Part shown: positions 38,834-49,279 of the stretch, piece by piece | Position numbering within the stretch: position 1 is the stretch's first letter | Layout of the letters: every line of letters starts with the position of its first letter | Source of the DNA: Promethearchaeota archaeon | Lineage (GTDB): Archaea > Asgardarchaeota > Lokiarchaeia > Sigyniarchaeales > SOKP01 | Length of the DNA: 64,000 bases | Reading direction: 5' to 3' | Assembly: GCA_019057795.1 (NCBI GenBank) | Contig: JAHLWS010000071.1 | Location: 1-64,000 of the forward strand | Made by a program: the position numbers and the translations under genes | The notes under the pieces: model-generated | Told to the model about the DNA's origin: nothing | The model's database searches: none | What the model saw: only the letters and a program-made list of their open reading frames with translations

Positions 38834-39793
38834 TCAAGTTAAAGTTAAGTTTAACTTTTCTTTGATTTGTTTTGCTCTACTACGTAATGTGACCTCCGTA
38901 ATTTTAGCTACATCTGCCACGAGAGATTGGGTTTTTCTAATTGCTCCGTCTTTAGCTGCGATATAAATACATGCGGCAGCTAAACCTTTTGGATCTTTTC
39001 CAGTTCGCGCTAACCCATTCTTAGATGCGTTTCTCAACATTTCTATAGCAACTTTTTGAACTTTCATGGGTAAGTCTAGCTCGTTCCCAAATCGAAATAC
39101 AAGCTTTTCTGCCGTAATAGGCTGATATCTTAAACCCAATTCGGGTAAGATTTCACGGATAATCATTGAAAGACTTCTATGTACTGTTCTTCGCGGCGTG
39201 AGTGACGCTTCACAGACTTCATCTAATAATCGAGGGAAATCATGAACCCTAATCGCTGCGTATAAAGAACCTGCTATAAACCCATTAATAGATCTTCCCA
39301 TTGTTAACTTTTTTTTAGCTACAATACTATAAATTTTCCAAGCCGTTTCTGAAATATATTCAGGAATATTTAATTTTGAGGTTAACATTTTTAATTTGGG
39401 TTTTGCTTCCCAAAAGTTTCGTTCTATGCTAGATATTAAAGAATTTTGAATTTTTGATAAGCGAGAAAATAAAGCTTGCTCTTTAGGACCTATTGATTTT
39501 CCTTTTGAGTCGGTCTTGGTGGTAGGAAGCATTGTTCGAGGGCCAAAATCCCTCCAACGGGGCTCAGTTCTTCTTCTATTCTGTATTTCTTCCACTGTAT
39601 ACGCTCTTCGCTCATTTCCTACATATGTTCGTTCTGCAATCATACCACAGTTAAGACATACTCTATTACCATCACGTTCTTCAATAAATGGATTATCACA
39701 ACACTTAATACTACTTGTAGAGGACAAATTATCTTGATCCTTATTCTGAGATTTTATTAGATCACGGTAATTGCTATTCATATTATATATCAC
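38834..39793 (-). CDS. tfb: Transcription initiation factor IIB
   Basis: CC..VCLNCG zinc ribbon, two cyclin repeats (GRSI..., GKDPKGLAAACIY, TEVTLRSR). Confidence 0.93.
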   Translation of the reverse strand: MIYNMNSNYRDLIKSQNKDQDNLSSTSSIKCCDNPFIEERDGNRVCLNCGMIAERTYVGNERRAYTVEEIQNRRRTEPRWRDFGPRTMLPTTKTDSKGKSIGPKEQALFSRLSKIQNSLISSIERNFWEAKPKLKMLTSKLNIPEYISETAWKIYSIVAKKKLTMGRSINGFIAGSLYAAIRVHDFPRLLDEVCEASLTPRRTVHRSLSMIIREILPELGLRYQPITAEKLVFRFGNELDLPMKVQKVAIEMLRNASKNGLARTGKDPKGLAAACIYIAAKDGAIRKTQSLVADVAKITEVTLRSRAKQIKEKLNLTLT

Positions 39794-40116
39794 AAAAATT
39801 TATTTATAAATTTGCCATCTAAACACAAATTTAATACAAAATTAGATCATGTTACGACTTTAATAATACTAATAATATCATAATATCCAAGTCATAAATT
39901 TAAATCTTTGTCTTCAAAATTAGTAGAAGTGATAATAGGGGAATGTAATGGGAAGTAGAATATGAGGTTTTACTCATTTCTTCGCCTTTTATAATTAATA
40001 AGAATAATATTTTAAAGTTTTAAAGTTCAAAAATAGAAATAAGATAAATTATTTAATTATATAAAAAACTGTATAATCAATAATTTCTGTTTAATTATTT
40101 TAAAGTTGGTGTATAA

Positions 40117-40632
40117 ATGGATTTTTACGAAGTTGTGAGAAAGAGAAGAAGTTACAGGGTATTTAAACCCGATATGCCGGAAGAAGAGAAAATTACTCGT
40201 ATCTTGGAAGCAGCAAGGTTGGCTCCAACTTGGGCAAATAAGCAAGGTATGCATTATATTGTTGTTAAAGACTCAGAAACTGTGAAAAAAATATGGAATG
40301 CCATTGGACAAAAACAAAAGTTTGCCGCAGCCCCGATGTTTGCTGTAGGCGTAATTTCTGAATCAGGTTCAGGAGCGAACGCAAATGGTATAAAATATTT
40401 TCCATTAGATTGTGGAATTTGTTTCGAACATCTAATCTTAGCCGCAACTGCAGAAGGTTTAGCCACTTGCTGGATTGGTTGGTTTGACGAAACCAAAATA
40501 AGAGACATCCTTGAAATACCAAAAAAATACAGAGTCTTAGCTTTAACTCCGTTAGGATATCCCGTAAAACAGAAGGGGGAAGTTGAGGAGCGTAAACCGC
40601 TTGAAAAGATAGTACATTACAACAAATTTTAA
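40117..40632 (+). CDS. Nitroreductase family protein
   Basis: RRSYR, ARLAPTWANKQ, LAATAEGLATCWIG, LGYP, RKPL. Confidence 0.93.
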   Translation: MDFYEVVRKRRSYRVFKPDMPEEEKITRILEAARLAPTWANKQGMHYIVVKDSETVKKIWNAIGQKQKFAAAPMFAVGVISESGSGANANGIKYFPLDCGICFEHLILAATAEGLATCWIGWFDETKIRDILEIPKKYRVLALTPLGYPVKQKGEVEERKPLEKIVHYNKF

Positions 40633-40721
40633 TTTTATTTCAAAAAATCCTTCTTTTTTTATTTAATCAATTAATTTGGAAGTAAAGGTAATATAATTTC
40701 GAATTTTATTTTATTTATATT

Positions 40722-42443
40722 ATGAAAATTGCAAGAATCGATGTTAATTCAAACAAGATTATTTACGAAGAAATAACTAGGGATTCAAAATATCTTCTTT
40801 TAGGAGGTCGTGGATTGACATCTCAAATCGTTCATGACGAAGTTCCACCGAATTGTGATCCACTTGGACCAGAAAACAAGCTTATTTTATCGAATGGTAC
40901 GCTTGCTGGAAGTCCATTCCCAAATTCTGCTCGTACATCAGCAGGGAGTAAAAGTCCTTTAACCAATGGTATTAAAGAAGCGAATGTTGGAGGTAGAGGG
41001 GCAATGATGCTCGCTAGGCATGGAATAAGGGCGTTAGTGTTGCAAAATAATTCTTCAGAACTAAAAGTTATATTAATTTCCGATGATGGAATTGAATTAC
41101 TTCAAGGCAACGAATATAAAGGATTAGGAAATTACGAGCTTCATCGAAAGTTAAGAGAAAAATTCGGAGAAAACGTAGGTATTTACTCCATTGGACCAGC
41201 AGGTGAATTTATGATGAAAGCTGCTACTATTGCAGCTAATGATTTAGAAGGATATCCTAGCAGGCACGCCGCACGTGGAGGTCTAGGGGCGGTAATGGGT
41301 TCTAAAGGAATTAAAGCTATAATAGTTAAACCCACAAAAGAATCAAAAGTTAAAATTCACGATTTAAAAAAATTTAGAGAAACTTCAACTCCATTCGCAA
41401 AAAATTTAGCAAAAACTAAAGAAGTGTTTTCAACCTTTGGTACACCCTTAATGATGAGAGCTATGAGCGAATATCGCGGAATTCCAACAAAAAACTTTCG
41501 AATGGGTTCTTTTGATAAAATCGCAAATATTACTGGAGAAAAACTCCACGAGCTTATAATGGCTCGAGGGGGTAAAAATCGATTGGCATGTTCTCCTAAC
41601 TGCGTAATAAAATGCTCTAATTTATTTGTGGATGAAGATGGCAATCATTTAACTTCTAGTCTTGAATACGAGACAATGGCGCTAAATGGCTCTAATTTAA
41701 TGATTGACGATCTAGATAGCTTGGCTAAAATTGATCGTTTATGCGACGATAATGGTATTGACACGATAGAATTTGGTGGTACCGTAGGAGTTGCTATGGA
41801 TTGTGGAAAAATTGAATGGGGCAACGCTCAAAAAGTCTTTGAACTCTTGGATAAAGAAATAAGGAACAACACAGAATTAGGAAAACTGTATGGAAATGGC
41901 GTTAAAAATATTGGTGAGAAATTAAATGCAAAAAGAGTTCCTCAAGTAAAAGGGCAAGGCATTTCTGCCTATGACCCAAGAGTGTTTAAGGGAATGGGAG
42001 TAACATTCGCTACTTCTCCGCAGGGTGCTGATCATACTTCAGGTGCCGCAATAGCAGGTAGAGTAGCAAGCCAAAATAAGGATTATGGTGAGTTAACAGA
42101 AAACGAGGGTAAATTCGACTTATCATATGAATTACAATTATATACGACTGTCATGGATTCAATGGGTTGTTGTTATTTTATCGGTCCCAGTTATGAAAAT
42201 ATGGAGCTTATTGCTCGTGCGATTAATGCTATGTATAACCTCAATTTAACAAGAGATGATGTAATCAACATTGGGAAAAACATAATCAAGATGGAGATCG
42301 AATTTAATGAAAACGCAGGCATCACACATAGTACGAACGATGTACCCGAATTTTTCAGAGAAGAGCCATCAGAGCCAACTGGTTTAAAATATACTTTTTC
42401 TAAAGACGATTTGAAATCATTCTGGGATAAATTGAGAGAATAA
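40722..42443 (+). CDS. aor: Aldehyde:ferredoxin oxidoreductase
   Basis: LGGRGL, KSPLT, SIGPAGE, RGGLGAVMGSK, CxxxCxxxC, EYET, CDDNGIDTI, GADH. Confidence 0.92.
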   Translation: MKIARIDVNSNKIIYEEITRDSKYLLLGGRGLTSQIVHDEVPPNCDPLGPENKLILSNGTLAGSPFPNSARTSAGSKSPLTNGIKEANVGGRGAMMLARHGIRALVLQNNSSELKVILISDDGIELLQGNEYKGLGNYELHRKLREKFGENVGIYSIGPAGEFMMKAATIAANDLEGYPSRHAARGGLGAVMGSKGIKAIIVKPTKESKVKIHDLKKFRETSTPFAKNLAKTKEVFSTFGTPLMMRAMSEYRGIPTKNFRMGSFDKIANITGEKLHELIMARGGKNRLACSPNCVIKCSNLFVDEDGNHLTSSLEYETMALNGSNLMIDDLDSLAKIDRLCDDNGIDTIEFGGTVGVAMDCGKIEWGNAQKVFELLDKEIRNNTELGKLYGNGVKNIGEKLNAKRVPQVKGQGISAYDPRVFKGMGVTFATSPQGADHTSGAAIAGRVASQNKDYGELTENEGKFDLSYELQLYTTVMDSMGCCYFIGPSYENMELIARAINAMYNLNLTRDDVINIGKNIIKMEIEFNENAGITHSTNDVPEFFREEPSEPTGLKYTFSKDDLKSFWDKLRE

Positions 42444-42456
42444 TTCTTTTTTTAAA

Positions 42457-43035
42457 TTAAATATAGTTTAGTAAACCTTTTTTTTTCATACTTAATTCTG
42501 CTACGATTATTAACAGTATTCCTATTAAAGCGAGGAGTAATGGAACTAAAATAACTACGAGTAAGTTATTCAAAATAAAATTGGCAAACCATAAAAATAA
42601 ATTTATAATACAATACCCTAAACCACTAAAAATGAAGATTAATTTGTTTTTCTTATAGAGCGATAACGAAAAGTGCCAACAACTAACAAGTAAGAGATTA
42701 GAACTAACAATTAAAGCGAATATTATCATCAAAAATGAACTAAAAAAAACAGCTGTTATGATGAGACTTACATTAATTGTTACTATTATAAATAAGATTT
42801 TCGACGAATTTTTAACGATAAAATCTTGCTCTAATTTTAAGAAAATACTCAGTATAAAAGGAGGGATAGCAATTAAAATAAAGAGTAGATACAAGAGTAA
42901 ATTGTTAAGAATAAAATAATTAAAAGATATTGACAAAACAAGACCTATTAAAATTAATGTAATACCTATTAATCGACAAAGACCTTCCTTTTTCCCTTGA
43001 ATACTCATATTTTTATTAAAATAAAAATTTTCCAA
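42457..43035 (-). CDS. Hypothetical membrane protein
   Basis: About 6 TM segments. Confidence 0.7.
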   Translation of the reverse strand: MENFYFNKNMSIQGKKEGLCRLIGITLILIGLVLSISFNYFILNNLLLYLLFILIAIPPFILSIFLKLEQDFIVKNSSKILFIIVTINVSLIITAVFFSSFLMIIFALIVSSNLLLVSCWHFSLSLYKKNKLIFIFSGLGYCIINLFLWFANFILNNLLVVILVPLLLALIGILLIIVAELSMKKKGLLNYI

Positions 43036-43179
43036 TTAACATTCTGAAATTTAATTTAAACACTAAGAAATTATAAACTTAAATAGAAAAAAAAGTATTT
43101 TGAATTAATACTATAATATTTGAATTCTTATTCAAATAAATCAAAAATAATTAATAATTACAGCAACGAGCTATAAATC

Positions 43180-44550
43180 TTGAATGAAAAAAACATTTTA
43201 AAAGAATTGGAAGATATTGTTGGGAAAGATTTTGCTTCGAATAGTTCGGAAGATTTATATATTTACTCCCAAGATCCGGGAGCATCAATTCCCCGCCCTG
43301 TTGACTTTGTAGTAATGCCAAATACATCTAAGGAAGTCCAAGACATAATGAAACTAGCAAATCGAGAAAAGGTTCCAATAGTTCCAATGGGTGGTGGTTT
43401 AACGTTAAGTGGACTTGTAATTCCCGTTAAAGGAGGCATAGTTATGGATATGAAACGCATGAATAAAATATTAGAAGTTAATGAATTAAGTCGGTTTGCC
43501 CTTGTAGAAGCGGGAGTAACTTCAGGACAACTTTTAGCGTATTTAAATGAAAATCATCCAAGGCTACAACCACCAATTCCAGATGCACCTCCTTCAGTTA
43601 CAATTGCCGGTAATGCGTTAATTCATGGATCTGGTTATTTGTCCCAAAAATTTGGAGATCATGGTGCTATGATTAATGGATTAGAAGTTGTACTCCCTGA
43701 TGGAGAACTATATAAATTAGGTTCTTGTGCGGTTTCAGATTATTGGTTTACGAGAGGACCCATTCCAGATTTTATTGGTTTGTTTATCAGCTCATTTGGT
43801 ACCATGGGTATTATTACAAAACTCTCTATTAAACTATTCCCCAAACCTAAGATGAGAGATATAGTATTTGGCTTATGTAAAGACCCAAGTGTGCTCCCAG
43901 AATTAATTTCAAACATAACATTTACTGATGTAGCCGAAGATATTTTGCTTGGCATTCAAGATAAACCCGATTGGATGAAAGGCTACACATTTGTTATCGT
44001 TTATATCACGGGTGAGTCAGAAGAAGAATTAAATAATAAAACTAAAATCCTTAAAAAGATGTATCGCAAAGGAAAATCAAGATATATGAAAGTTCCAAAA
44101 CGAATTGAAGAGATTTTCCTTGAAAAACCTCAATTTGCGGCTAAAGCAGCAGATTTTAGGAAGGGCGGAGGGTTCGAATATGTTGGAGCTTTTATACCTC
44201 TTCAATTAATTCCAAAGATGATACAAATTGGTACAGATATCTCATTAAAACACGGAATTGTTCCTACTTTGGGCGCTAGACTTATAGGACAAGGTCATTC
44301 TGCGATGTTTTTTATATCCTATTCTTTTAATCGGGCAGATCCAGAAGATATGAAAAACGCGAGAGAGGCATTACACGATACAAATAAAGCTGTGCTTGAA
44401 ATTGGAGGGATTCCGTGGAAGGCAGAATTAATTGGACAGAAATTAATTCTCGAAAAGATGGATCCTAATTACAAGAAACTTCTAAAAAGCATTAAAAATT
44501 TATTAGACCCAAATGGGATTATGAATCCAGGAAATTGGGAGGTTAAATAA
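43180..44550 (+). CDS. FAD-binding oxidoreductase (GlcD / D-lactate dehydrogenase family)
   Basis: PMGGGLTLSG, VEAGV, GLEVVLPDG, GTMGIIT, LDPNGIMNPG. Confidence 0.9.
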   Translation: MNEKNILKELEDIVGKDFASNSSEDLYIYSQDPGASIPRPVDFVVMPNTSKEVQDIMKLANREKVPIVPMGGGLTLSGLVIPVKGGIVMDMKRMNKILEVNELSRFALVEAGVTSGQLLAYLNENHPRLQPPIPDAPPSVTIAGNALIHGSGYLSQKFGDHGAMINGLEVVLPDGELYKLGSCAVSDYWFTRGPIPDFIGLFISSFGTMGIITKLSIKLFPKPKMRDIVFGLCKDPSVLPELISNITFTDVAEDILLGIQDKPDWMKGYTFVIVYITGESEEELNNKTKILKKMYRKGKSRYMKVPKRIEEIFLEKPQFAAKAADFRKGGGFEYVGAFIPLQLIPKMIQIGTDISLKHGIVPTLGARLIGQGHSAMFFISYSFNRADPEDMKNAREALHDTNKAVLEIGGIPWKAELIGQKLILEKMDPNYKKLLKSIKNLLDPNGIMNPGNWEVK

Positions 44551-45732
44551 ATGACTTTAAAACTCGAACAAGATTGGAAAGATATAGTTCATAGGTGCTT
44601 CAGATGTGGTTATTGTAAATTTACCTATGATTATTCTGATTTTAATTGTCCTAGCTATAAAAAATTCCGATTTGAGACTTATTCCACAGGTGGAAGGTTA
44701 TGGTTAATTTACGGTTTGATAAGTGGTGAAATCTCGTGGAGTCAAGGTGTAGCCAATGTACTTTACGCGTGTTCTACTTGCGGAAATTGTTCTGAAAATT
44801 GTAGGTTTGACAAATTTAACGATCTTCTCGTAGACATCATAGAAGCCGCTCGAGCAGAAGCAGTGGAAAAAGGATTTTGTCCAGAGAAGCAAAAGGTTTT
44901 AATTGAACGCATAGAGAATACTGAGATGTACAACCCATATGGCGAACAAAATTCGAATAACGAGGATTTGAAGAAAGAATACGATTTACCAGATAAAGCA
45001 GAATGGGTTTATTTTATCGGATGTACGTCCAATTATCGCCAAAAGGATTTAAGGGACGCTACTTTGAGATTTTTGAAGAAAGCTAATATCGATTTTACTT
45101 TGATTGACGAACATTGTTGTTGTAGCCCGGTAATGCGAACTGGTCAAATAAATTCTGTTAAAGACTTCATTGGTTTTAATGTTGCTCAAATAAACAATGT
45201 AGGAGCGTCAAAAGTTATCACATCATGTGCGGGCTGTTATCGTACGTTAAAAAAAGATTGGTTAAAATATGGTGCTGACTACGATTTTCAGATATACCAC
45301 ACAGTAGAGTTAGTTAAAGAGCTATTAGACGAAGGAAAACTAAAATTTAAATCAGAATATAACAAAACAGTAACTTATCACGACCCCTGCCACCTTGGAA
45401 GACATATGGATATCTACGAAGTTCCAAGAGAAGTATACAAACAGATTCCAGGAATTAAACTTGTAGAAATGAAAAGAAATCGAGAAAACGCTTGGTGTTG
45501 CGGCGCTGGAGGTGGCGTAAAAATAGGTTATCCCGAGTGGTCAGTTGAGATTTCAAAAGAAAGGCTTGAGGAGGCAAATACGACGGGAGCATCCGTTATA
45601 TCGTCAGTATGTCCCTTTTGTAGGACGAATTTGAGCGATGCAAACGATAAATTTGGTATGAATTTTGAAGTTATCGACTTGATTGAGATAATAGATAAAT
45701 TAGACTTCGAAATTACTGATACAAAACATTAA
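44551..45732 (+). CDS. Fe-S oxidoreductase with CCG domains (GlcF/HdrD-like)
   Basis: CFRCGYC, CSTCGNC...C, YFIGC, CAGC, YHDPCHLGR, CCGAGGG, CPFC; starts immediately after the partner's stop. Confidence 0.92.
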   Translation: MTLKLEQDWKDIVHRCFRCGYCKFTYDYSDFNCPSYKKFRFETYSTGGRLWLIYGLISGEISWSQGVANVLYACSTCGNCSENCRFDKFNDLLVDIIEAARAEAVEKGFCPEKQKVLIERIENTEMYNPYGEQNSNNEDLKKEYDLPDKAEWVYFIGCTSNYRQKDLRDATLRFLKKANIDFTLIDEHCCCSPVMRTGQINSVKDFIGFNVAQINNVGASKVITSCAGCYRTLKKDWLKYGADYDFQIYHTVELVKELLDEGKLKFKSEYNKTVTYHDPCHLGRHMDIYEVPREVYKQIPGIKLVEMKRNRENAWCCGAGGGVKIGYPEWSVEISKERLEEANTTGASVISSVCPFCRTNLSDANDKFGMNFEVIDLIEIIDKLDFEITDTKH

Positions 45733-45830
45733 TAAAAGAATTTATTACCTATTTTTGTTTTAAAATTTTCATTAGTTTTTAGTTAGTTTTATAAATAAAT
45801 TACTTAATTAAGCAAAATTAATTTGTAAGT

Positions 45831-46706
45831 GTGATTGGAATGAGGTTAGGTGCTCACATGAGCGTTACTGGAGGTAAGTATATGGCCTTTGAAAGGGGAA
45901 AAGAGCTGAGGTGCGAAACTATTCAAGTATTTATAAGAAGTGTGCGCTCTTGGGCTGCAAAACCTTTAATACAAAGCGACATTGATGATTTTCTTAAAAA
46001 AAAGGAAGAATTGAAAGAAGAAATTTGGCCTGTAATTAGTCACAATAGTTACCTAATAAATTTAGCAAGTATCGATAAAGAAAAATTGGAAAAATCTTAT
46101 AATGCTATGCTAGATGAGCTTATTAAAGTTGATCAACTCGGTATTGAATACGGAAACATGCATCCTGGAGTCATTCCCATAAGCGTTAAAGATGAGATCT
46201 CCAAAAAAGAAGCGTTAGTTCAGATAGCTAATCAATTAAACAAATTAATAGATGAAACTAAAGGTTCAAAATATATAATTTTGTTGGAAACTACCGCTGG
46301 GCAAGGAAAGGGCTTAGGCAATAAATTTCATCACTTAGCTACGATTATAGGTAAAATAAAAGATAAAAATAGAATTGGAGTTTGTTTTGATACAGCCCAT
46401 TCATTTGCAGCAGGCTACGACTTTACTACCAAGAAAAAATATGATGAAATGTGGAGTGAGTTTGACGACATTATTGGATTGAAGTATCTATTTGCTTTTC
46501 ATTTGAATGACACTGAAAAAGATTTAGGTTCTAGAGTTGATCGTCATACTCACATAGGACAAGGAAAAATCGGCAAGGAACCCTTTGGATTCTTGTTAAA
46601 TGATGATAGATTTAGAGACCACCCGGGAATTATAGAGACGCCAAAAGGGAAAGATATGAAAGAAGATTTAATGAATCTTGCTACTCTTAGATCTCTGATA
46701 AAATAA
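45831..46706 (+). CDS. nfo: Endonuclease IV
   Basis: GAHMS, HNSYLINLAS, HPG, LETTAGQG, CFDTAH, HLND, DRH, ETP. Confidence 0.95.
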   Translation: MIGMRLGAHMSVTGGKYMAFERGKELRCETIQVFIRSVRSWAAKPLIQSDIDDFLKKKEELKEEIWPVISHNSYLINLASIDKEKLEKSYNAMLDELIKVDQLGIEYGNMHPGVIPISVKDEISKKEALVQIANQLNKLIDETKGSKYIILLETTAGQGKGLGNKFHHLATIIGKIKDKNRIGVCFDTAHSFAAGYDFTTKKKYDEMWSEFDDIIGLKYLFAFHLNDTEKDLGSRVDRHTHIGQGKIGKEPFGFLLNDDRFRDHPGIIETPKGKDMKEDLMNLATLRSLIK

Positions 46707-46792
46707 TTCATTAAATTAATTAAAATTAACATTTTAAGAAATTAATTTTTCTTTTTGACAAGAATGTTTAAATATTTCTTTTTAATTATTAT

Positions 46793-46917
46793 CCCGATAA
46801 GGAAATGGTACCCCCAAAAGATTTTTACGCTCTTATGATAAAAATTATGATGAAAAAAGAGGATTTTTGGGCTCTATGAAAATGATGGGTAAAATGCTTT
46901 TAAAGAAGCAAATTTAA
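46793..46917 (+). pseudogene. Frameshifted 3' remnant of a 4Fe-4S protein (family of 22469-23575)
   Basis: KEMVPPKDFYALMIKIMMKK resembles TEAIPPKTKEDLYAMIMNKK; continues in another frame as GFLGSMKMMGKMLLKKQI*. Confidence 0.4.
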
Positions 46918-46975
46918 AGCTATGTGCCTAAGTTTCTAATATTTCTAATTAAAATCTTTTTTTTTACTATATTAA

Positions 46976-47383
46976 TTAATCAAGAACATTAAACCATACA
47001 GGACTTTTATCATCAACTAGACCATTATAATTTACTGTGAGTTCCTCCCCTTCTTTAATCTCTCTAATAGCAGAGAACTCTATTGCTTTGTTCTTATAAT
47101 CGTATAAATATTTGATATTAGGTTCATAGGAGTGATTAATGAACTGGGATATACTGAGCGTTATAGCATTTTTAAATTCAGGTTTGTGCTTTGGATCTTC
47201 CCAAATATAGATATAATCAAAAAGCACTGTTTTCTTTATTTTCCTATAATCATTGTTTGGAATTAAAATTACATTTGCTACATCAATTACAGTTTTTTTT
47301 TTAATATCTTTCTTAGCAAACGCGCCCTTTCCTTTCCCTTTTGAGATGCGTCTTATCTTAATATATTCGTTCATAAAAAACAC
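46976..47383 (-). CDS. SET-domain protein-lysine methyltransferase
   Basis: KGKGAFA, FINHSYEPN, GEELTVNY. Confidence 0.92.
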   Translation of the reverse strand: MFFMNEYIKIRRISKGKGKGAFAKKDIKKKTVIDVANVILIPNNDYRKIKKTVLFDYIYIWEDPKHKPEFKNAITLSISQFINHSYEPNIKYLYDYKNKAIEFSAIREIKEGEELTVNYNGLVDDKSPVWFNVLD

Positions 47384-47392
47384 TAATAAAAT

Positions 47393-47980
47393 TTATTCAA
47401 TCGAAGCATGACGTTTATCGATATCTTTTTCAGTGACTCCTAATAAATCCATTAATGTGGCTCCAATTGAATCTAATATGGTTAGCGTTGAGATATCGAA
47501 TAGAGTCGTGTAAGGTGCAAGTGTTTCCTGAGAAGTCGCCTTATCCTTACTTTTACCATCAATTTTAATTATTAAGTCCGATAATTTTCCTATAGTACTC
47601 TCTGGATTACCTGTTAATAAAGCAATTTTCCCTCCTATTTCCTTTGCTTTTCGCGCTATAGCGACGGGAGAGGTGGTTTCACCGCTTCCACTTATTAAAA
47701 TAAGCAAATCCTCTTTACTATAACGATGAGTAATCGCATCGGAGACGAAACAAGAATTAAATCCTAAATGCATTAATCTTTGAGCAAAGCAACGCCCTAT
47801 AAAGCCAGAGCGTCCAGCTCCATAAACAAAAATCGTTCCTTCGTTAGAATTAACTTGAGAAATCAAATCAATTAATTTTAAAACATGTGTAGTGTTAATT
47901 GTTTTAGAATTTTTTATAATCTGATTTGCTATTTCAAGAATTGTATTTAAAAAACTTTCGCGCCCTTTATCGTAATTCAT
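47393..47980 (-). CDS. hxlB: SIS-domain 6-phospho-3-hexuloisomerase
   Basis: GAGRSG, FAQRLMHLG, ISGSGET, RHASIE; ATG at 47980 avoids overlap. Confidence 0.85.
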   Translation of the reverse strand: MNYDKGRESFLNTILEIANQIIKNSKTINTTHVLKLIDLISQVNSNEGTIFVYGAGRSGFIGRCFAQRLMHLGFNSCFVSDAITHRYSKEDLLILISGSGETTSPVAIARKAKEIGGKIALLTGNPESTIGKLSDLIIKIDGKSKDKATSQETLAPYTTLFDISTLTILDSIGATLMDLLGVTEKDIDKRHASIE

Positions 47981-47994
47981 ATTTTCACCCCACT

Positions 47995-49263
47995 TTATCC
48001 TCCTTTCGTAAATCCTGGGCGTACACATCTTCTCCATTGATCTACGCTCTCTTTAGGTCCTAAACCTATTAGTAGATCACCTTCTTCGAAAACAAAATCT
48101 GATTTGAAACTATATATCCATTTGTCTTTTCTTTTTAGAGCAATAATATGGAACCCTCGTTTATATCGTTGCTCTTGTAATTCATTGTAAGTTTTGTTTT
48201 TAAAGTAAGAATCTGCAGATAATGTTTCTCGAACTACAACCTCAGATGTTTCTTCAATTGCTTTCTGGATAATTACATGAGGTTCAAACCCTTCTAAGAT
48301 TGTTTCAGCTAAATGAGCCGCAGCATCAGCTATTAATTCGCATGAAAAAACAATACGCATAATTCCCGTCAGATCTCTTGGATTATCAACTAAATGCGCA
48401 AACTCTAGAAGATTCTTCTCGAAATTTATATTAAGTCCGTCCATTAAGGCTTCCATTTCGATTACATCTTCTGCTACTTCATAGCTGTTAAAGAACAATG
48501 CTGCGAGTGCCAATTCTATCATTGTTTCAGAAATGTCTGTTATCATTACATAATCTTTTTTAAGTTCTTGAATCTCCTCAAATATTTCAGGGTTTTTGAG
48601 ATCGAATTCAGGTTCTTTTTCTTCATCATCAAATTGGAAAGAGATCTCACTCTCGTCAAGAGTTAGATTCTTTAATTCATTAAGTAATTCAAGCTCGCCT
48701 TTAATAATTAAGATATCTTCTTTCTCAATTATGTTATTCTTATCAAACAACCAATTATCGTTTCTTTTTATTGCAATTAAGTCGACTCCATATTGTGATC
48801 TAAAATGCACATCTTGACGATTAATTCCTATGAGTTTGCAATCCTCTTTGACACATATTTTTACTATTGGTTCAGGAACTTCGTCCCAAAAGAGTTGCGT
48901 AAAGTCAGATATATCGCTATTTATATAAACAACGCGGGCAATATCCGCAAGGGCGTCCGAAATCTTGTCAATTGAATAACCCATTACAACAATTGGCTCT
49001 AATCTCTTGGCTTCTTTAAAACCCCCAGTTTGTGTTTGAGTAATTTGTAAATTCAACAGAAAAGTTAACTCGTGGATACGCTTTTCAATTTTAGTAGTTT
49101 CGTCCGCTATCTCTTTACTACCAAATTTTATCGCGCTATAGGCGAGATCAATCATTAAATCAATTTTTTGTTTCATTTCTCTCAAAATATCTTTTAGAGA
49201 TATAGGTTGGTATTGAAATTCTTTCTTTTTTCTTTTTTCATGCAGTTTAATTGAATTTCTCAC
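47995..49263 (-). CDS. Duplicated PhoU + TrkA-C (RCK_C) regulatory protein
   Basis: Two repeats: LMIDLAYSA / TMIELALAA helical PhoU-like units, each followed by IA[IL]KR...W RCK_C domains. Confidence 0.82.
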   Translation of the reverse strand: MRNSIKLHEKRKKKEFQYQPISLKDILREMKQKIDLMIDLAYSAIKFGSKEIADETTKIEKRIHELTFLLNLQITQTQTGGFKEAKRLEPIVVMGYSIDKISDALADIARVVYINSDISDFTQLFWDEVPEPIVKICVKEDCKLIGINRQDVHFRSQYGVDLIAIKRNDNWLFDKNNIIEKEDILIIKGELELLNELKNLTLDESEISFQFDDEEKEPEFDLKNPEIFEEIQELKKDYVMITDISETMIELALAALFFNSYEVAEDVIEMEALMDGLNINFEKNLLEFAHLVDNPRDLTGIMRIVFSCELIADAAAHLAETILEGFEPHVIIQKAIEETSEVVVRETLSADSYFKNKTYNELQEQRYKRGFHIIALKRKDKWIYSFKSDFVFEEGDLLIGLGPKESVDQWRRCVRPGFTKGG

Positions 49264-49279
49264 TCTCGTTTTTAGGTAT

